A DNA stretch of 40,003 bases, from positions 1 to 40,003 of IMG/VR virus record IMGVR_UViG_3300042334_000681. The stretch is one strand, 5' to 3'. Shown piece by piece: positions 7,447 to 16,371 of the stretch (its first letter is position 1; each line of letters begins with the position of its first letter). The translations under genes were made by a program, and so were the position numbers. The notes beneath the pieces are model-generated. The model saw only the letters and a list, made by a program, of their open reading frames with translations, did not search any database and was not told the DNA's origin. This DNA comes from a virus (taxonomy: Duplodnaviria > Caudoviricetes).

Positions 7447-9018
7447 ATGAACGAAAGTAAACTATTATCTAAAGGCGAATGCCCTGCTTGTGGGAGTTCA
7501 GATGCTTGTTGCACATATGACGATGGGCATTCTCATTGCTTTTCATGCAGCAGAACGTTCTCTGGCATAGGGGAAGGCATTACTAGTCACAGCAAACCAA
7601 AAGAGAAACAAATGGAAAACATACAGCCGGAAGGCGAGATTAAAAGCATTCCCGAACGGGGCATTACACGCAGCACCTGTGAGAAATACAAGGTTTATAG
7701 CCCGAACGGGAAACAAATTTACAGCTATAAGAATGGTCTAAAGACCCGAGTGGTCGAAACCAAGGAGTTTTTTAGTGTCGGAAAATTGGATACACTTTTC
7801 GGACAAGAGCTATTTCCAGCCGGAGGTAAAACTATCACCATTACCGAGGGTGAGCTAGACGCATTGGCAGCGTTTCAAATGCAAGGAAGCCTTTATCCCA
7901 CTGTATCCGTGCCAAATGGCGCAGCAGGGGCTTTAAAGGCTTGTAAACAGGCTTTTGAATGGCTAGACACCTTCGAGCTAGTGGTGGTGTGTTTTGATGG
8001 CGATGAGCCGGGGATTAAGGCAGCTAAAGAAGTGGCAGACCTGTTCGCAGGTAAGAGCAAAATCATGAAGCACGTCGAGGGCTTTAAGGACGCTTGCGAC
8101 TATTTGGCAGCAGGGAAAACCAAGGAATTTATTAATGCTTGGTGGAGGGCGGAAGAACATAGACCAGAGGGCATTGTCAGCGTACATGACATTATGGACA
8201 GGCTTCTTGCGCCTCCAGTTGAGGGAGTGCCTTGGGCGTTTCCGTCATTAACGACACTTACCTATGGTCGCCGGAAAGGGGAGCTTTATGGCTTCGGGGC
8301 GGGTGTCGGTGTAGGTAAGACAGATGTGTTCACGCAGCAAATTGCCTATGACATTGATGTCTTGAATGAGAAAGTAGGGGTGATATACCTAGAGCAGAAT
8401 GTCGTAGAAACTGCACAGCGTGTAGCGGGTAAGCTAGACAAGAAGCTATATCACATCCCTGATGCTGGCTGGACTCGTGAGCAATATGAGCAGAGCATTG
8501 AGAGCTTGGATAAACGAGGGCAGCTCTACATGATGGAACACTTTGGTGCTATGGATTGGGCTAGTGTAAAGAAAATTATTCGTTACTTCGCTAAAGCGTA
8601 TGACATTAAGATGATTTATTTAGACCACCTGACAGCATTGGCAGCAAATGAGCAGGACGAACGGAGAGCATTGGACGGCATCATGGCAGACATGGCATCC
8701 CTTGCACAGAGCGATGGACTAATCATCCATTTTGTGTCTCACCTCACAACGCCGGAAGGGAAGGCACATGAGGAAGGCGGCAGGGTGTTGGAGAAGCACT
8801 TTACAGGCTCACGAGCCATTGCTCGTTGGGGACACTATCTTATTGGTCTTGAGCGTAACAAGCAAGCAGAAGACCCGATAGAGCGACAGACAACGACACT
8901 ACGAGTGTTGAAGGACAGGTTTAGTGGTCGTGCGACAGGCGAGAAAATTGGCTTGTTCTATGACCGAAATAGTGGTACACTTTCTGAGTGTGACCTTAAC
9001 AAATTGGAGGAATTATGA
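7447..9018 (+). CDS. T7 gp4-like DNA primase-helicase
   Basis: Zn domain CPAC...CFSC, TOPRIM ITEGELDA and FDGDEPG, Walker A GAGVGVGKT, LDHL, VSHL, LKDRFSG. Confidence 0.95.
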   Translation: MNESKLLSKGECPACGSSDACCTYDDGHSHCFSCSRTFSGIGEGITSHSKPKEKQMENIQPEGEIKSIPERGITRSTCEKYKVYSPNGKQIYSYKNGLKTRVVETKEFFSVGKLDTLFGQELFPAGGKTITITEGELDALAAFQMQGSLYPTVSVPNGAAGALKACKQAFEWLDTFELVVVCFDGDEPGIKAAKEVADLFAGKSKIMKHVEGFKDACDYLAAGKTKEFINAWWRAEEHRPEGIVSVHDIMDRLLAPPVEGVPWAFPSLTTLTYGRRKGELYGFGAGVGVGKTDVFTQQIAYDIDVLNEKVGVIYLEQNVVETAQRVAGKLDKKLYHIPDAGWTREQYEQSIESLDKRGQLYMMEHFGAMDWASVKKIIRYFAKAYDIKMIYLDHLTALAANEQDERRALDGIMADMASLAQSDGLIIHFVSHLTTPEGKAHEEGGRVLEKHFTGSRAIARWGHYLIGLERNKQAEDPIERQTTTLRVLKDRFSGRATGEKIGLFYDRNSGTLSECDLNKLEEL

Positions 9019-9347
9019 AAGACGAAGCATTAGCAAGTCCGAAGGACGAAGCATTGAAACTTGCGCTTGAGGCGGCTGATGGATTGAAAGATATTGCTAG
9101 GCAAGTCAATGAATTGATTGCAGAAAACAAAGCACTCAAAGCAGCCTTGGCACAGGACGAGACAAGCGACAGCTCTTTGAGCCGTCAGGCGAAACGCTCG
9201 TCAAGGGCAGCACAAGAGCCTGTGGTGTGGCCTTTCCCACCTGCTACAGGTGCTATTCCTTGGACTAAACAACAAGAGAAGGCTTATGACAAGCTCCGCT
9301 TGTCCCAGCAGCAGAAACAAGAGCAGCTCCCTGCTGCTCCCTTTTAG
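9015..9347 (+). CDS. Hypothetical modular phage protein
   Basis: Duplicated KDEAL motif; AQEPVVW and WPFP segments. Confidence 0.65.
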   Translation: MKDEALASPKDEALKLALEAADGLKDIARQVNELIAENKALKAALAQDETSDSSLSRQAKRSSRAAQEPVVWPFPPATGAIPWTKQQEKAYDKLRLSQQQKQEQLPAAPF

Positions 9348-9355
9348 GATTAGAA

Positions 9356-9505
9356 ATGAACTTATACGAAGTATGGACAGAGCGAGGCACATATGAATAC
9401 GAAGCAGAGACAGCAGATGAGGCTCTCGACAAGTATTACGGCGACTACAATGGCTCAGGAGATTACGAAGTGGTGGTGGAGCTAATAGAGGAAACAGATG
9501 AATGA
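9356..9505 (+). CDS. Hypothetical acidic protein, 49 aa
   Basis: Read manually: MNLYEVWTERGTYEYEAETADEAL... Confidence 0.55.
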   Translation: MNLYEVWTERGTYEYEAETADEALDKYYGDYNGSGDYEVVVELIEETDE

Positions 9506-9764
9506 TGTAGAAACATTGCTTGACATTAGCTTCTCATGCTTCTTTTGTAACGACATGAAAAAGGCACGGAAGTCCAGATACTTTGCACATCCTCCGTATA
9601 AGCTGTTCAAAGCTAATGAAGGCTGGTATGGGGTGTTAAACGACCAAGACGTAAACTGCCTCTCCTTTGGGAACGGAGCTGTGTTTACTTCTAAAGAAAA
9701 CGCAGAGGCTCTTGTAGCAAAATGGAACACGAAAGAACAAAATGAGGATAGTCTTAGACTGTGA
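9498..9764 (+). CDS. Hypothetical protein
   Basis: 88-aa ORF with SD GAGG. Confidence 0.6.
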   Translation: MNDVETLLDISFSCFFCNDMKKARKSRYFAHPPYKLFKANEGWYGVLNDQDVNCLSFGNGAVFTSKENAEALVAKWNTKEQNEDSLRL

Positions 9765-10593
9765 AAGCAACCTAGCCCATACGAAAATATGGCTTGTATG
9801 TACAAAGAACATTGACACTGGAGAGAAAAGAACATGGAAAGAAGCAAGCAGCCTCATGGATTATTTAAGGGGCGTTTCGTTGATAGTCGGTCACAACGTA
9901 ATAGGATTCGACTCCCCTCTATTGAAGAAGTGTTGGAAGATAGAGATAGCTTCGAGCCTCCTGTACGATACGTTGATAGTAAGTCGTCTGCTAGAGCCGA
10001 GCAGAGAGAATGGTCATTCATTAGAAGCATGGGGAAACAGCCTCGGATGCCAAAAGATTAACTATCAAGCTGCTTGGCAATGGGTGATGGGACGCAGAGA
10101 GGAATACGAGCTTGAGTGCTACGATAAGCCTCATATGGGTCTTCTTGAAAGCTATTGTGAGCAAGACTGCAAAGTGACAGCTAAGTTGTATCTCAATCTA
10201 GTCAATGAGCTTAATGAGAAACAGTTTAGTGAGCAAAGCGTGGCCTTGGAGCACGAAGTTGCTTTCATTATTGAAGAACAGATAGAAAATGGATTTAAAC
10301 TAGATAGGCCTTATGCAACAACCCTTATTACTCATCTCAAAACAAGAGTGGACGAATTACTTGAACAGTCTGAAGCCCTCTATCCCACAAGAGAAGTCGA
10401 AAGATACAGTGACAAAACAGGAAAAAGACTCAAAGATGCCGTGGTTACTTTTAATATCAGTAGCCGACAACAAGTAGCTAAAAAACTTCAAGAGTTAGGC
10501 TGGCGTCCCTCCAAATATACTGAAAAAGGTAGTATAATTGTAGATGAGGTTGTTCTAGATGAAATTATAAAGGAATGTAATGGACTTAACTGA
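9742..10593 (+). CDS. polA: DNA polymerase A, N-terminal part (3'-5' exonuclease plus part of thumb)
   Basis: ExoI DCES, ExoII HNVIGFD, ExoIII YCEQD, then FNISSRQQVA...TEKG...VDE thumb. Confidence 0.92.
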   Translation: MRIVLDCESNLAHTKIWLVCTKNIDTGEKRTWKEASSLMDYLRGVSLIVGHNVIGFDSPLLKKCWKIEIASSLLYDTLIVSRLLEPSRENGHSLEAWGNSLGCQKINYQAAWQWVMGRREEYELECYDKPHMGLLESYCEQDCKVTAKLYLNLVNELNEKQFSEQSVALEHEVAFIIEEQIENGFKLDRPYATTLITHLKTRVDELLEQSEALYPTREVERYSDKTGKRLKDAVVTFNISSRQQVAKKLQELGWRPSKYTEKGSIIVDEVVLDEIIKECNGLN

Positions 10594-11044
10594 TATTGAA
10601 TACAAAAAAGATGGGTTATTAGTTTGGAAAAAAACTAAAGGACGGGCTATTTGTGGTAAACCTGTTGGTAATAAAAGTAAACACGGATACATTGAAACAA
10701 AAGTACAAAATAAGAGGCTTAAAGTACATCATATTGTTTGGTATCTTCATAAAGGATATTTCCCTGTACGGCTAGACCATATCAACAGGAATAGGACTGA
10801 TAATCGTATAGAAAATTTAAGAGAATGCACTGCACAAGAAAATAACAGAAATCGAAACAACGGTAATTTTAAAAGAGAACTTCCCCGAAATGTATATACA
10901 TCAAAATCAGTAGGAAAATATCGTGTACTTCTAAGTATGGACGGTAAGACACTCTGTTTTGGGACTTTTTCTAATGTTGCCGATGCTGATAAAGTAGCGA
11001 AACAAGCTCGGGAGTTGTATTATGGCGATTTTGCAGGAAGCTGA
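10580..11044 (+). CDS. HNH homing endonuclease with C-terminal AP2-like domain
   Basis: VHHIVW...LDHINRNRTDNRIENLRECTAQENNRN; C-terminal LCFGTF...A...AR..YYGDFA. Confidence 0.92.
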   Translation: MDLTDIEYKKDGLLVWKKTKGRAICGKPVGNKSKHGYIETKVQNKRLKVHHIVWYLHKGYFPVRLDHINRNRTDNRIENLRECTAQENNRNRNNGNFKRELPRNVYTSKSVGKYRVLLSMDGKTLCFGTFSNVADADKVAKQARELYYGDFAGS

Positions 11045-11942
11045 CAAAAAGTCTTTGAAAGAGCTTGCTGAACTTGTTAAGGAATATCTGCTTTTACAGA
11101 AGCGTATTTCTCAGGTCGAGAGCTGGCTTGAGGCTGTGGAGGAAGACGGACGGGTGCATGGAAAAGTTATTACCAACGGAGCTGTAACAGGGCGTATGAC
11201 GCACAGCAGCCCTAACATGGCACAGATACCTAATGCAGGTAGTGTCTATGGCCCTGAATGTCGTGAGTGCTGGACAGTCGAAGACGGACAGGTATTGGTA
11301 GGAATTGATGCTAGTGGTTTAGAGCTACGAATGTTGGCTCATTACATGAAGGACAAAGATTATGTCAAAACAGTCACCGAAGGTAGTTCTAAAGTTGGTA
11401 CGGACGTGCATACAGTCAATCAAAGAGCAGCAGGACTTGCTACACGAGACACTGCAAAAACTTTCATATATGCTTTCCTCTACGGCGCAGGAGACGCAAA
11501 GATTGGAAGCATTGTTGGGGGAAATGCAAAGGATGGAGCAAAACTTAAATCCAAGTTCCTCCGGCAAACACCAGCCCTTGCAAAACTCCTTTTCGCTGTT
11601 AGCAAATACGCAGCTAAAGGATACGTGCCGGGTTTGGATGGAAGAAAAATATGGGTACGCTCCGAACACGCAGCCTTAAACAGCTTGCTGCAAGGGGCAG
11701 GGGCAATTGTTATGAAGAAGGCTTTGTGTCTTTTTTACAACAAATGCAAGGAAAATTCATGGCCTATTGTGCTAGTTGTTAATGTCCACGATGAAATTCA
11801 GCTTGAAACATCTGACAAGTATGCTACAATAGTAGGTGAAGCAGCAGTGCAAAGCATTGTTGAAGCAGGGGAACATTTTGGTCTTAGATGCCCCCTGAAT
11901 GGAGAGTATAAGATTGGACGGACGTGGAAAGACACGCATTAA
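11022..11942 (+). CDS. polA: DNA polymerase A, C-terminal polymerase part
   Basis: TGRMTHSSPNMAQIP, motif A DASGLELR, motif B KTFIYAFLYG, motif C VHDE; SD GGGAG. Confidence 0.95.
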   Translation: MAILQEADKKSLKELAELVKEYLLLQKRISQVESWLEAVEEDGRVHGKVITNGAVTGRMTHSSPNMAQIPNAGSVYGPECRECWTVEDGQVLVGIDASGLELRMLAHYMKDKDYVKTVTEGSSKVGTDVHTVNQRAAGLATRDTAKTFIYAFLYGAGDAKIGSIVGGNAKDGAKLKSKFLRQTPALAKLLFAVSKYAAKGYVPGLDGRKIWVRSEHAALNSLLQGAGAIVMKKALCLFYNKCKENSWPIVLVVNVHDEIQLETSDKYATIVGEAAVQSIVEAGEHFGLRCPLNGEYKIGRTWKDTH

Positions 11943-11973
11943 GCCGAGAGGCACTTTTTAAAAGGAAACTTAA

Positions 11974-12390
11974 ATGACTACAAAACCTATCACCATCAAT
12001 GGACAGCTTTATTACGCTTCTGACATGGTTCAATTTAACCAATACACAGAGGCTTCTAAGAAGTATCTGGTGAAGCTAGGAAACCTGTCTCCTGAAGACG
12101 TAGCTAAGGTGGAAGCCCTTGGTGTTCATGTAGGCGAGAACGAAAGCATGGGACGTTTTGTCACCTGCAAGAGCAACTTCGCTATTCAGCCTGTGGACGA
12201 TGATGGCAAGGACATTGACCCAAAAACTATTGGCAACGGTTCAAAGGCTACGCTGGTTCTAGGAACATACGAATGGAAGTTTGCTAAGAAGACAGGCGTT
12301 GCTGCCTCTGCCAAGCGTGTAGTGGTTACAGAGCTTGTCACCTATGTCCCTTCTGCTAAGGAAGAAGACACAGCAGACATGGAGCTGTAA
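11974..12390 (+). CDS. ssb: Single-stranded DNA-binding protein (gp2.5-like, putative)
   Basis: After polA; IGNGSKA motif and acidic C-terminal tail. Confidence 0.7.
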   Translation: MTTKPITINGQLYYASDMVQFNQYTEASKKYLVKLGNLSPEDVAKVEALGVHVGENESMGRFVTCKSNFAIQPVDDDGKDIDPKTIGNGSKATLVLGTYEWKFAKKTGVAASAKRVVVTELVTYVPSAKEEDTADMEL

Positions 12391-12392
12391 GA

Positions 12393-13199
12393 GTGAAGCA
12401 CATAGTCTGCTATTCTGGGGGACACTCCAGCGCATTAGTAGCTATTGAAGTGGTTAGGAAGTTTGGCAAAGAAAACACCATTCTTCTTAACCACGACATT
12501 CATGCTAATGTAGAAGACAAGGACATTAAGAGGTTCAAACAGGCTGTTGCAGACTATGTAGGTGTTTCTATCACATATGCTAATCATCCTGATTGGAGCA
12601 CTAAAGACCAATTTGATGTGGTGGTCGATGCTGCTGCTTTTAAGGTGGGTAAAGGGACAGCTCTTTGCACACATAGGCTCAAGACACAGCCCTTTGAGAA
12701 GTATTTAAAAGAATATTTCCCAGACAAAACCTGTGTGTTGTACTATGGGTTTGACAAGAACGAAATGCACAGGGTACAGAGACGGTCTAGCATCCTATCA
12801 GGGATGGGGTTTAAGTCTGACTATCCTCTTGCTTTGTGGACAGAACGGACAATTTCTAGTACAATTGATGTTGGCATAGAACCTCCTTTAACATACGGAA
12901 GTTTTAAACACGCTAATTGCACTGGGTGTCTTAAAGCTGGAAAGCAGCATTGGTATATTGTCTACTGTACTCGGAAAGACATTTGGGAAAAGGCAAAGGC
13001 AAGTGAAGAAATTATTGGCTATTCGATAATGAAAGAGCAATATTTAGAAGAACTTGAACCACTGTTTGAACAGATGAAGATTAAAGGCATTGTAGGGAAC
13101 GAGCATGAAGATGCTAGAACCTTCTTTGCAAAGGTTAAGAAACAATTTAACGAGTACCAAGATGACCTATTTGAAAAACCCTGTGAGTGCTTTGTATGA
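12393..13199 (+). CDS. PAPS reductase/DndC-fold adenine nucleotide alpha-hydrolase
   Basis: PP-loop YSGGHSS, CTHRLKTQP, NCTGCLKAG, terminal CEC; GTG start. Confidence 0.75.
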   Translation: MKHIVCYSGGHSSALVAIEVVRKFGKENTILLNHDIHANVEDKDIKRFKQAVADYVGVSITYANHPDWSTKDQFDVVVDAAAFKVGKGTALCTHRLKTQPFEKYLKEYFPDKTCVLYYGFDKNEMHRVQRRSSILSGMGFKSDYPLALWTERTISSTIDVGIEPPLTYGSFKHANCTGCLKAGKQHWYIVYCTRKDIWEKAKASEEIIGYSIMKEQYLEELEPLFEQMKIKGIVGNEHEDARTFFAKVKKQFNEYQDDLFEKPCECFV

Positions 13200-13894
13200 C
13201 CCTTCCTGATAAACCGACAGAAGCTGTCATTGATGCCGACTTTCTTGTGTACCATGTTGCTTTCTCCTGCAAAGATGTAGAGGAACAATGGGCTAAGAAT
13301 CGGCTCACTGAATGGCTGACAGACATGGTGTACATTCGCCTTAAATGCACAACCTACAATGCCTTCATTACGGGGAAAACAAACTTCCGTTATGACATTG
13401 CCAAGACAGTGCCTTATAAGGGAAATAGGAAAGACCTAGAGAAGCCAGAGCATTATGAGGCTTTGAGAAAGCACCTAACACGGCTGGAGGCTGTAACAAC
13501 AGAGGGTGAAGAAGCTGATGACGCTGTGGGCATCTTTGCAAACGGAAAGAGCGTGTGGATAGTTCATGTGGACAAAGACCTAGACCAACTACCGGGGTGG
13601 CATTACAACCCCGTAAAGGACTTGGAATATTTTGTTTCTGAAGAACAGGGTCTCAAGAGCTTCTATTTGCAAATGCTGACAGGCGATAGAATTGATGCAA
13701 TACAAGGGCTTAAAGGCATTGGGCCTGTAAAGGCTGCTAGGCTGCTTAAGGGGCTGACAACAGAGAAAGAGATGTATGAGGCTGTTGTAGAGGCTTATAA
13801 GGCTGCTGGAGAGGCTCCAGAGCGTGTGTTAGAAAATGGCTGCTTGTTGTGGCTTAGACGAACAGAGGGGCAGCTATGGCAACCCCCAACGTAA
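13196..13894 (+). CDS. 5'-3' exonuclease (T7 gp6-like)
   Basis: IDADF, YKGNR, EADD, DKDLDQ, GDRID..GLKGIGPVKA. Confidence 0.92.
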   Translation: MTLPDKPTEAVIDADFLVYHVAFSCKDVEEQWAKNRLTEWLTDMVYIRLKCTTYNAFITGKTNFRYDIAKTVPYKGNRKDLEKPEHYEALRKHLTRLEAVTTEGEEADDAVGIFANGKSVWIVHVDKDLDQLPGWHYNPVKDLEYFVSEEQGLKSFYLQMLTGDRIDAIQGLKGIGPVKAARLLKGLTTEKEMYEAVVEAYKAAGEAPERVLENGCLLWLRRTEGQLWQPPT

Positions 13895-14265
13895 GAAGCT
13901 ACAATGGAGGGGAATGGACGGAGGCTAGGTTCAAGAGCTTTGTTGTGTCGGCATTGCGAACAGCAACTCAGAGGTGGCCTCCTAAATATGCTGTGCTTGA
14001 TGCTGCCTTTACCGAGAGAAAGACCAATGTAAAGACAGGGAAACTTGCTAAACACTTTCAATGCAACGAATGTAAACAGGAATTCGTAGCTAAAGAGGTG
14101 CAGGTTGACCACAAGAAGCCAGCAGTAGACCCCAAGAAGGGATGGCAGGGGTGGGACACATTCATTGACAGGTTGTTCTGTGAGGAACAGAACCTTCAGG
14201 TGCTTTGTGTCTCATGCCACAAGGTTAAGAGTGCTTTAGAGAAAGAACAAAGGAAGAAAACATGA
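13876..14265 (+). CDS. HNH endonuclease (Zn-binding)
   Basis: CNEC...QVDH...NLQVLCVSCH. Confidence 0.85.
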   Translation: MATPNVRSYNGGEWTEARFKSFVVSALRTATQRWPPKYAVLDAAFTERKTNVKTGKLAKHFQCNECKQEFVAKEVQVDHKKPAVDPKKGWQGWDTFIDRLFCEEQNLQVLCVSCHKVKSALEKEQRKKT

Positions 14266-14588
14266 AGAAATTATTAGCTATGTCTCTGCTTTTAGTAAGC
14301 AGCTTGTCATATGCTTTTACAGGCAATGAGCTGCTAGATGCTTTAGGGAACAAAGACGATTTTGAACGAGGAGCAGCAAAGGGCTTCATTGTTGGGTATG
14401 TACAAGCAGCAGATGGTTCCTCTTTTTGTCGTCCAGAGAAGGTGACAAATGGGCAGATATTTGACCTTGTAAAGAACACACTGGTGGCTTCACCTGCTTT
14501 ACGACATGATGATGCAAGTGTGTTTATTATGTACACCATGATGCAACATTTCCCCTGTGCTAAGAAGCCTTCAAATGGAAAAGTATGA
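14262..14588 (+). CDS. Secreted Rap1a-family immunity-like protein
   Basis: Signal peptide then TGNELL...GFIVG...FCRP..VT.GQ...V...L...P..RH..A...FPC. Confidence 0.7.
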   Translation: MKKLLAMSLLLVSSLSYAFTGNELLDALGNKDDFERGAAKGFIVGYVQAADGSSFCRPEKVTNGQIFDLVKNTLVASPALRHDDASVFIMYTMMQHFPCAKKPSNGKV

Positions 14589-14739
14589 CATCACCCTATG
14601 TGACGGACACGGCTGTCCTGCTACAGAACTATGCCAGAGGTTCTCTCCTTATGTTCCCTCGGAGAAGCCTCTGATGTATTTCGCAGGAGTGCCTTACAAC
14701 CACCATGAGCAGCAATGCCATATGTTTTATGAATTTTAA
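14575..14739 (+). CDS. Small Cys-rich hypothetical protein
   Basis: DITLCDGHGCP...CQRF...C. Confidence 0.65.
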   Translation: MEKYDITLCDGHGCPATELCQRFSPYVPSEKPLMYFAGVPYNHHEQQCHMFYEF

Positions 14740-14748
14740 GGAAGCAGC

Positions 14749-14931
14749 ATGATGTATGAGAAAGTGCCTTGGGGAGCTTCTTTAGAAGACATACAAGGTG
14801 TTATATCAAGAAACTCTGTACGTGTAGGACAAGACCCTGCATATTACAACAGCTTCTATGATGAACCTGCCTACAGCCTTGCTAATGCAGAGCTAATGAA
14901 ACGTGTAATGAACATAAAGGAAACCACATAA
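14749..14931 (+). CDS. Hypothetical protein
   Basis: 60 aa, SD AAGGA. Confidence 0.55.
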   Translation: MMYEKVPWGASLEDIQGVISRNSVRVGQDPAYYNSFYDEPAYSLANAELMKRVMNIKETT

Positions 14932-15113
14932 TGTTTGGATTTATTGAAAGTATCGCAAAAGCTGCAACAGCAGTTGTTACAGTTCCCGTATCCGTTGTTG
15001 CTGATAGTATTACATTAGGAGGCTCTTTAACAGACAAAGACCAGCCCTATACAGTGGATGCTTTAGAAGATTTTATGGCTAATTTAAAGAACGCAGTATC
15101 CCCTAACAAGTAA
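14931..15113 (+). CDS. Hypothetical protein
   Basis: 60 aa, TAATG overlap. Confidence 0.65.
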   Translation: MFGFIESIAKAATAVVTVPVSVVADSITLGGSLTDKDQPYTVDALEDFMANLKNAVSPNK

Positions 15114-15122
15114 GGAAACCAA

Positions 15123-15389
15123 ATGACAAATAAGTTTACATTTCGAGAAGAAGACAGCATTGAAGACAAAGACATCACCTTTGCTATTAAGTATGATGAC
15201 GGAACTCCTTGGCCTGTTGTCCTACAAGACTTCTTGTTCTTCTTAGAGAGCACGGGCTATTGCGGTGTACGTGATAAGGTACGCATTGAATATTCCCCTT
15301 TCCGTGAGGGCGAGGGATGGTTTGGGGACTATTATGACAGCGAGGAAGAAAGTGCAGGACGTGCTACAGGGTGGGGAGAGAACGAATGA
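15123..15389 (+). CDS. Hypothetical protein
   Basis: 88 aa, W..VL..F..FL...GY pattern, SD AAGGA. Confidence 0.7.
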   Translation: MTNKFTFREEDSIEDKDITFAIKYDDGTPWPVVLQDFLFFLESTGYCGVRDKVRIEYSPFREGEGWFGDYYDSEEESAGRATGWGENE

Positions 15390-15598
15390 ACGATATACCA
15401 GCATTTCCTTTGCCCAATCACACACGTAAATGGGACACGGACAAAAAAGAATATGTCCAAGATGAAGGCATGACCCTGCGTGATTACTTTGCAGCCAAGG
15501 CTATGCAAGCGTTAATAGACAACGCTGGTTTATTTGTTGTGATACCAACACAGGCTTATGCAATAGCAGACTTAATGATGGAGGCTAGGAAGAAATGA
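15386..15598 (+). CDS. Conserved small phage protein
   Basis: PAFP...GMTLRDYFAAKAMQA...AY.IAD.M..AR. Confidence 0.75.
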   Translation: MNDIPAFPLPNHTRKWDTDKKEYVQDEGMTLRDYFAAKAMQALIDNAGLFVVIPTQAYAIADLMMEARKK

Positions 15599-16371
15599 GA
15601 ATTTTGTGCATCCCTGACACTCAGTGCAAGCCAGATACGCCTACCAAGCACCTGACATGGGCAGGGAAGGCTATCTGTGACTACAAACCAGACGTTGTTG
15701 TACACCTTGGCGACCATTGGGATATGCCCAGTTTGTCAAGCCACGACAAGGCAGGTAGTAAGTATTTCGAGGGGAAACGCTACCTAGCAGACATTGAGGC
15801 AGGGAACAAAGGCATGGAAGCCCTCCTAGCCCCTTTAAAGGCAATGCAGAAGACACAGAAAGAGAGCAAGCACAAGGTGTATAAGCCTCGTATGGTGTTC
15901 TTAACGGGAAACCACTGTAACCGGATTAGTCGTGCTATTAACAACAACCCGATGCTAGAAGGACTGATGACGTATGACCACCTTGCTCTTAAAGATTGGG
16001 AAGTTCATGAGTTCCTCAAACCTGTATTTATTGGGGGTGTTGGTTTTAGCCATTATTGGCCTGTGGGAGCCATGGGCCGCCCTGCTGCTTCCCCTGCTGC
16101 TATTATCAGTAAGCTCCATATGTCTTGCGTGGCGGGACATCAACAAGGAAAGCAAATAGCGTATGGAAAACGAGCTGATGGTAAGCCTATTTGTGCTATC
16201 ATTGCTGGTAGCTATTATTTACATGATGAAGATTATATGGACAATCTTTCTAACAGGCATTGGCGGGGACTAGTTGTTCTTAATGATGTACAAGATGGTA
16301 GCTTTGATGAAATGATGCTAAGCATCGAGTATTTAGAACGTAAATATGCTAACAAGGAATCAAATGAATAA
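15595..16371 (+). CDS. Calcineurin-like metallophosphoesterase
   Basis: IPDTQ, LGDHWD, GNH, GH motifs. Confidence 0.85.
   Translation: MRILCIPDTQCKPDTPTKHLTWAGKAICDYKPDVVVHLGDHWDMPSLSSHDKAGSKYFEGKRYLADIEAGNKGMEALLAPLKAMQKTQKESKHKVYKPRMVFLTGNHCNRISRAINNNPMLEGLMTYDHLALKDWEVHEFLKPVFIGGVGFSHYWPVGAMGRPAASPAAIISKLHMSCVAGHQQGKQIAYGKRADGKPICAIIAGSYYLHDEDYMDNLSNRHWRGLVVLNDVQDGSFDEMMLSIEYLERKYANKESNE

Noticed and set aside
10560-11070. Group I intron or split intein in polA
   Set aside because: The ORFs overlap on both sides, I saw no P7-type core sequences, and there are no intein N/C terminal motifs. Not tested with covariance models.
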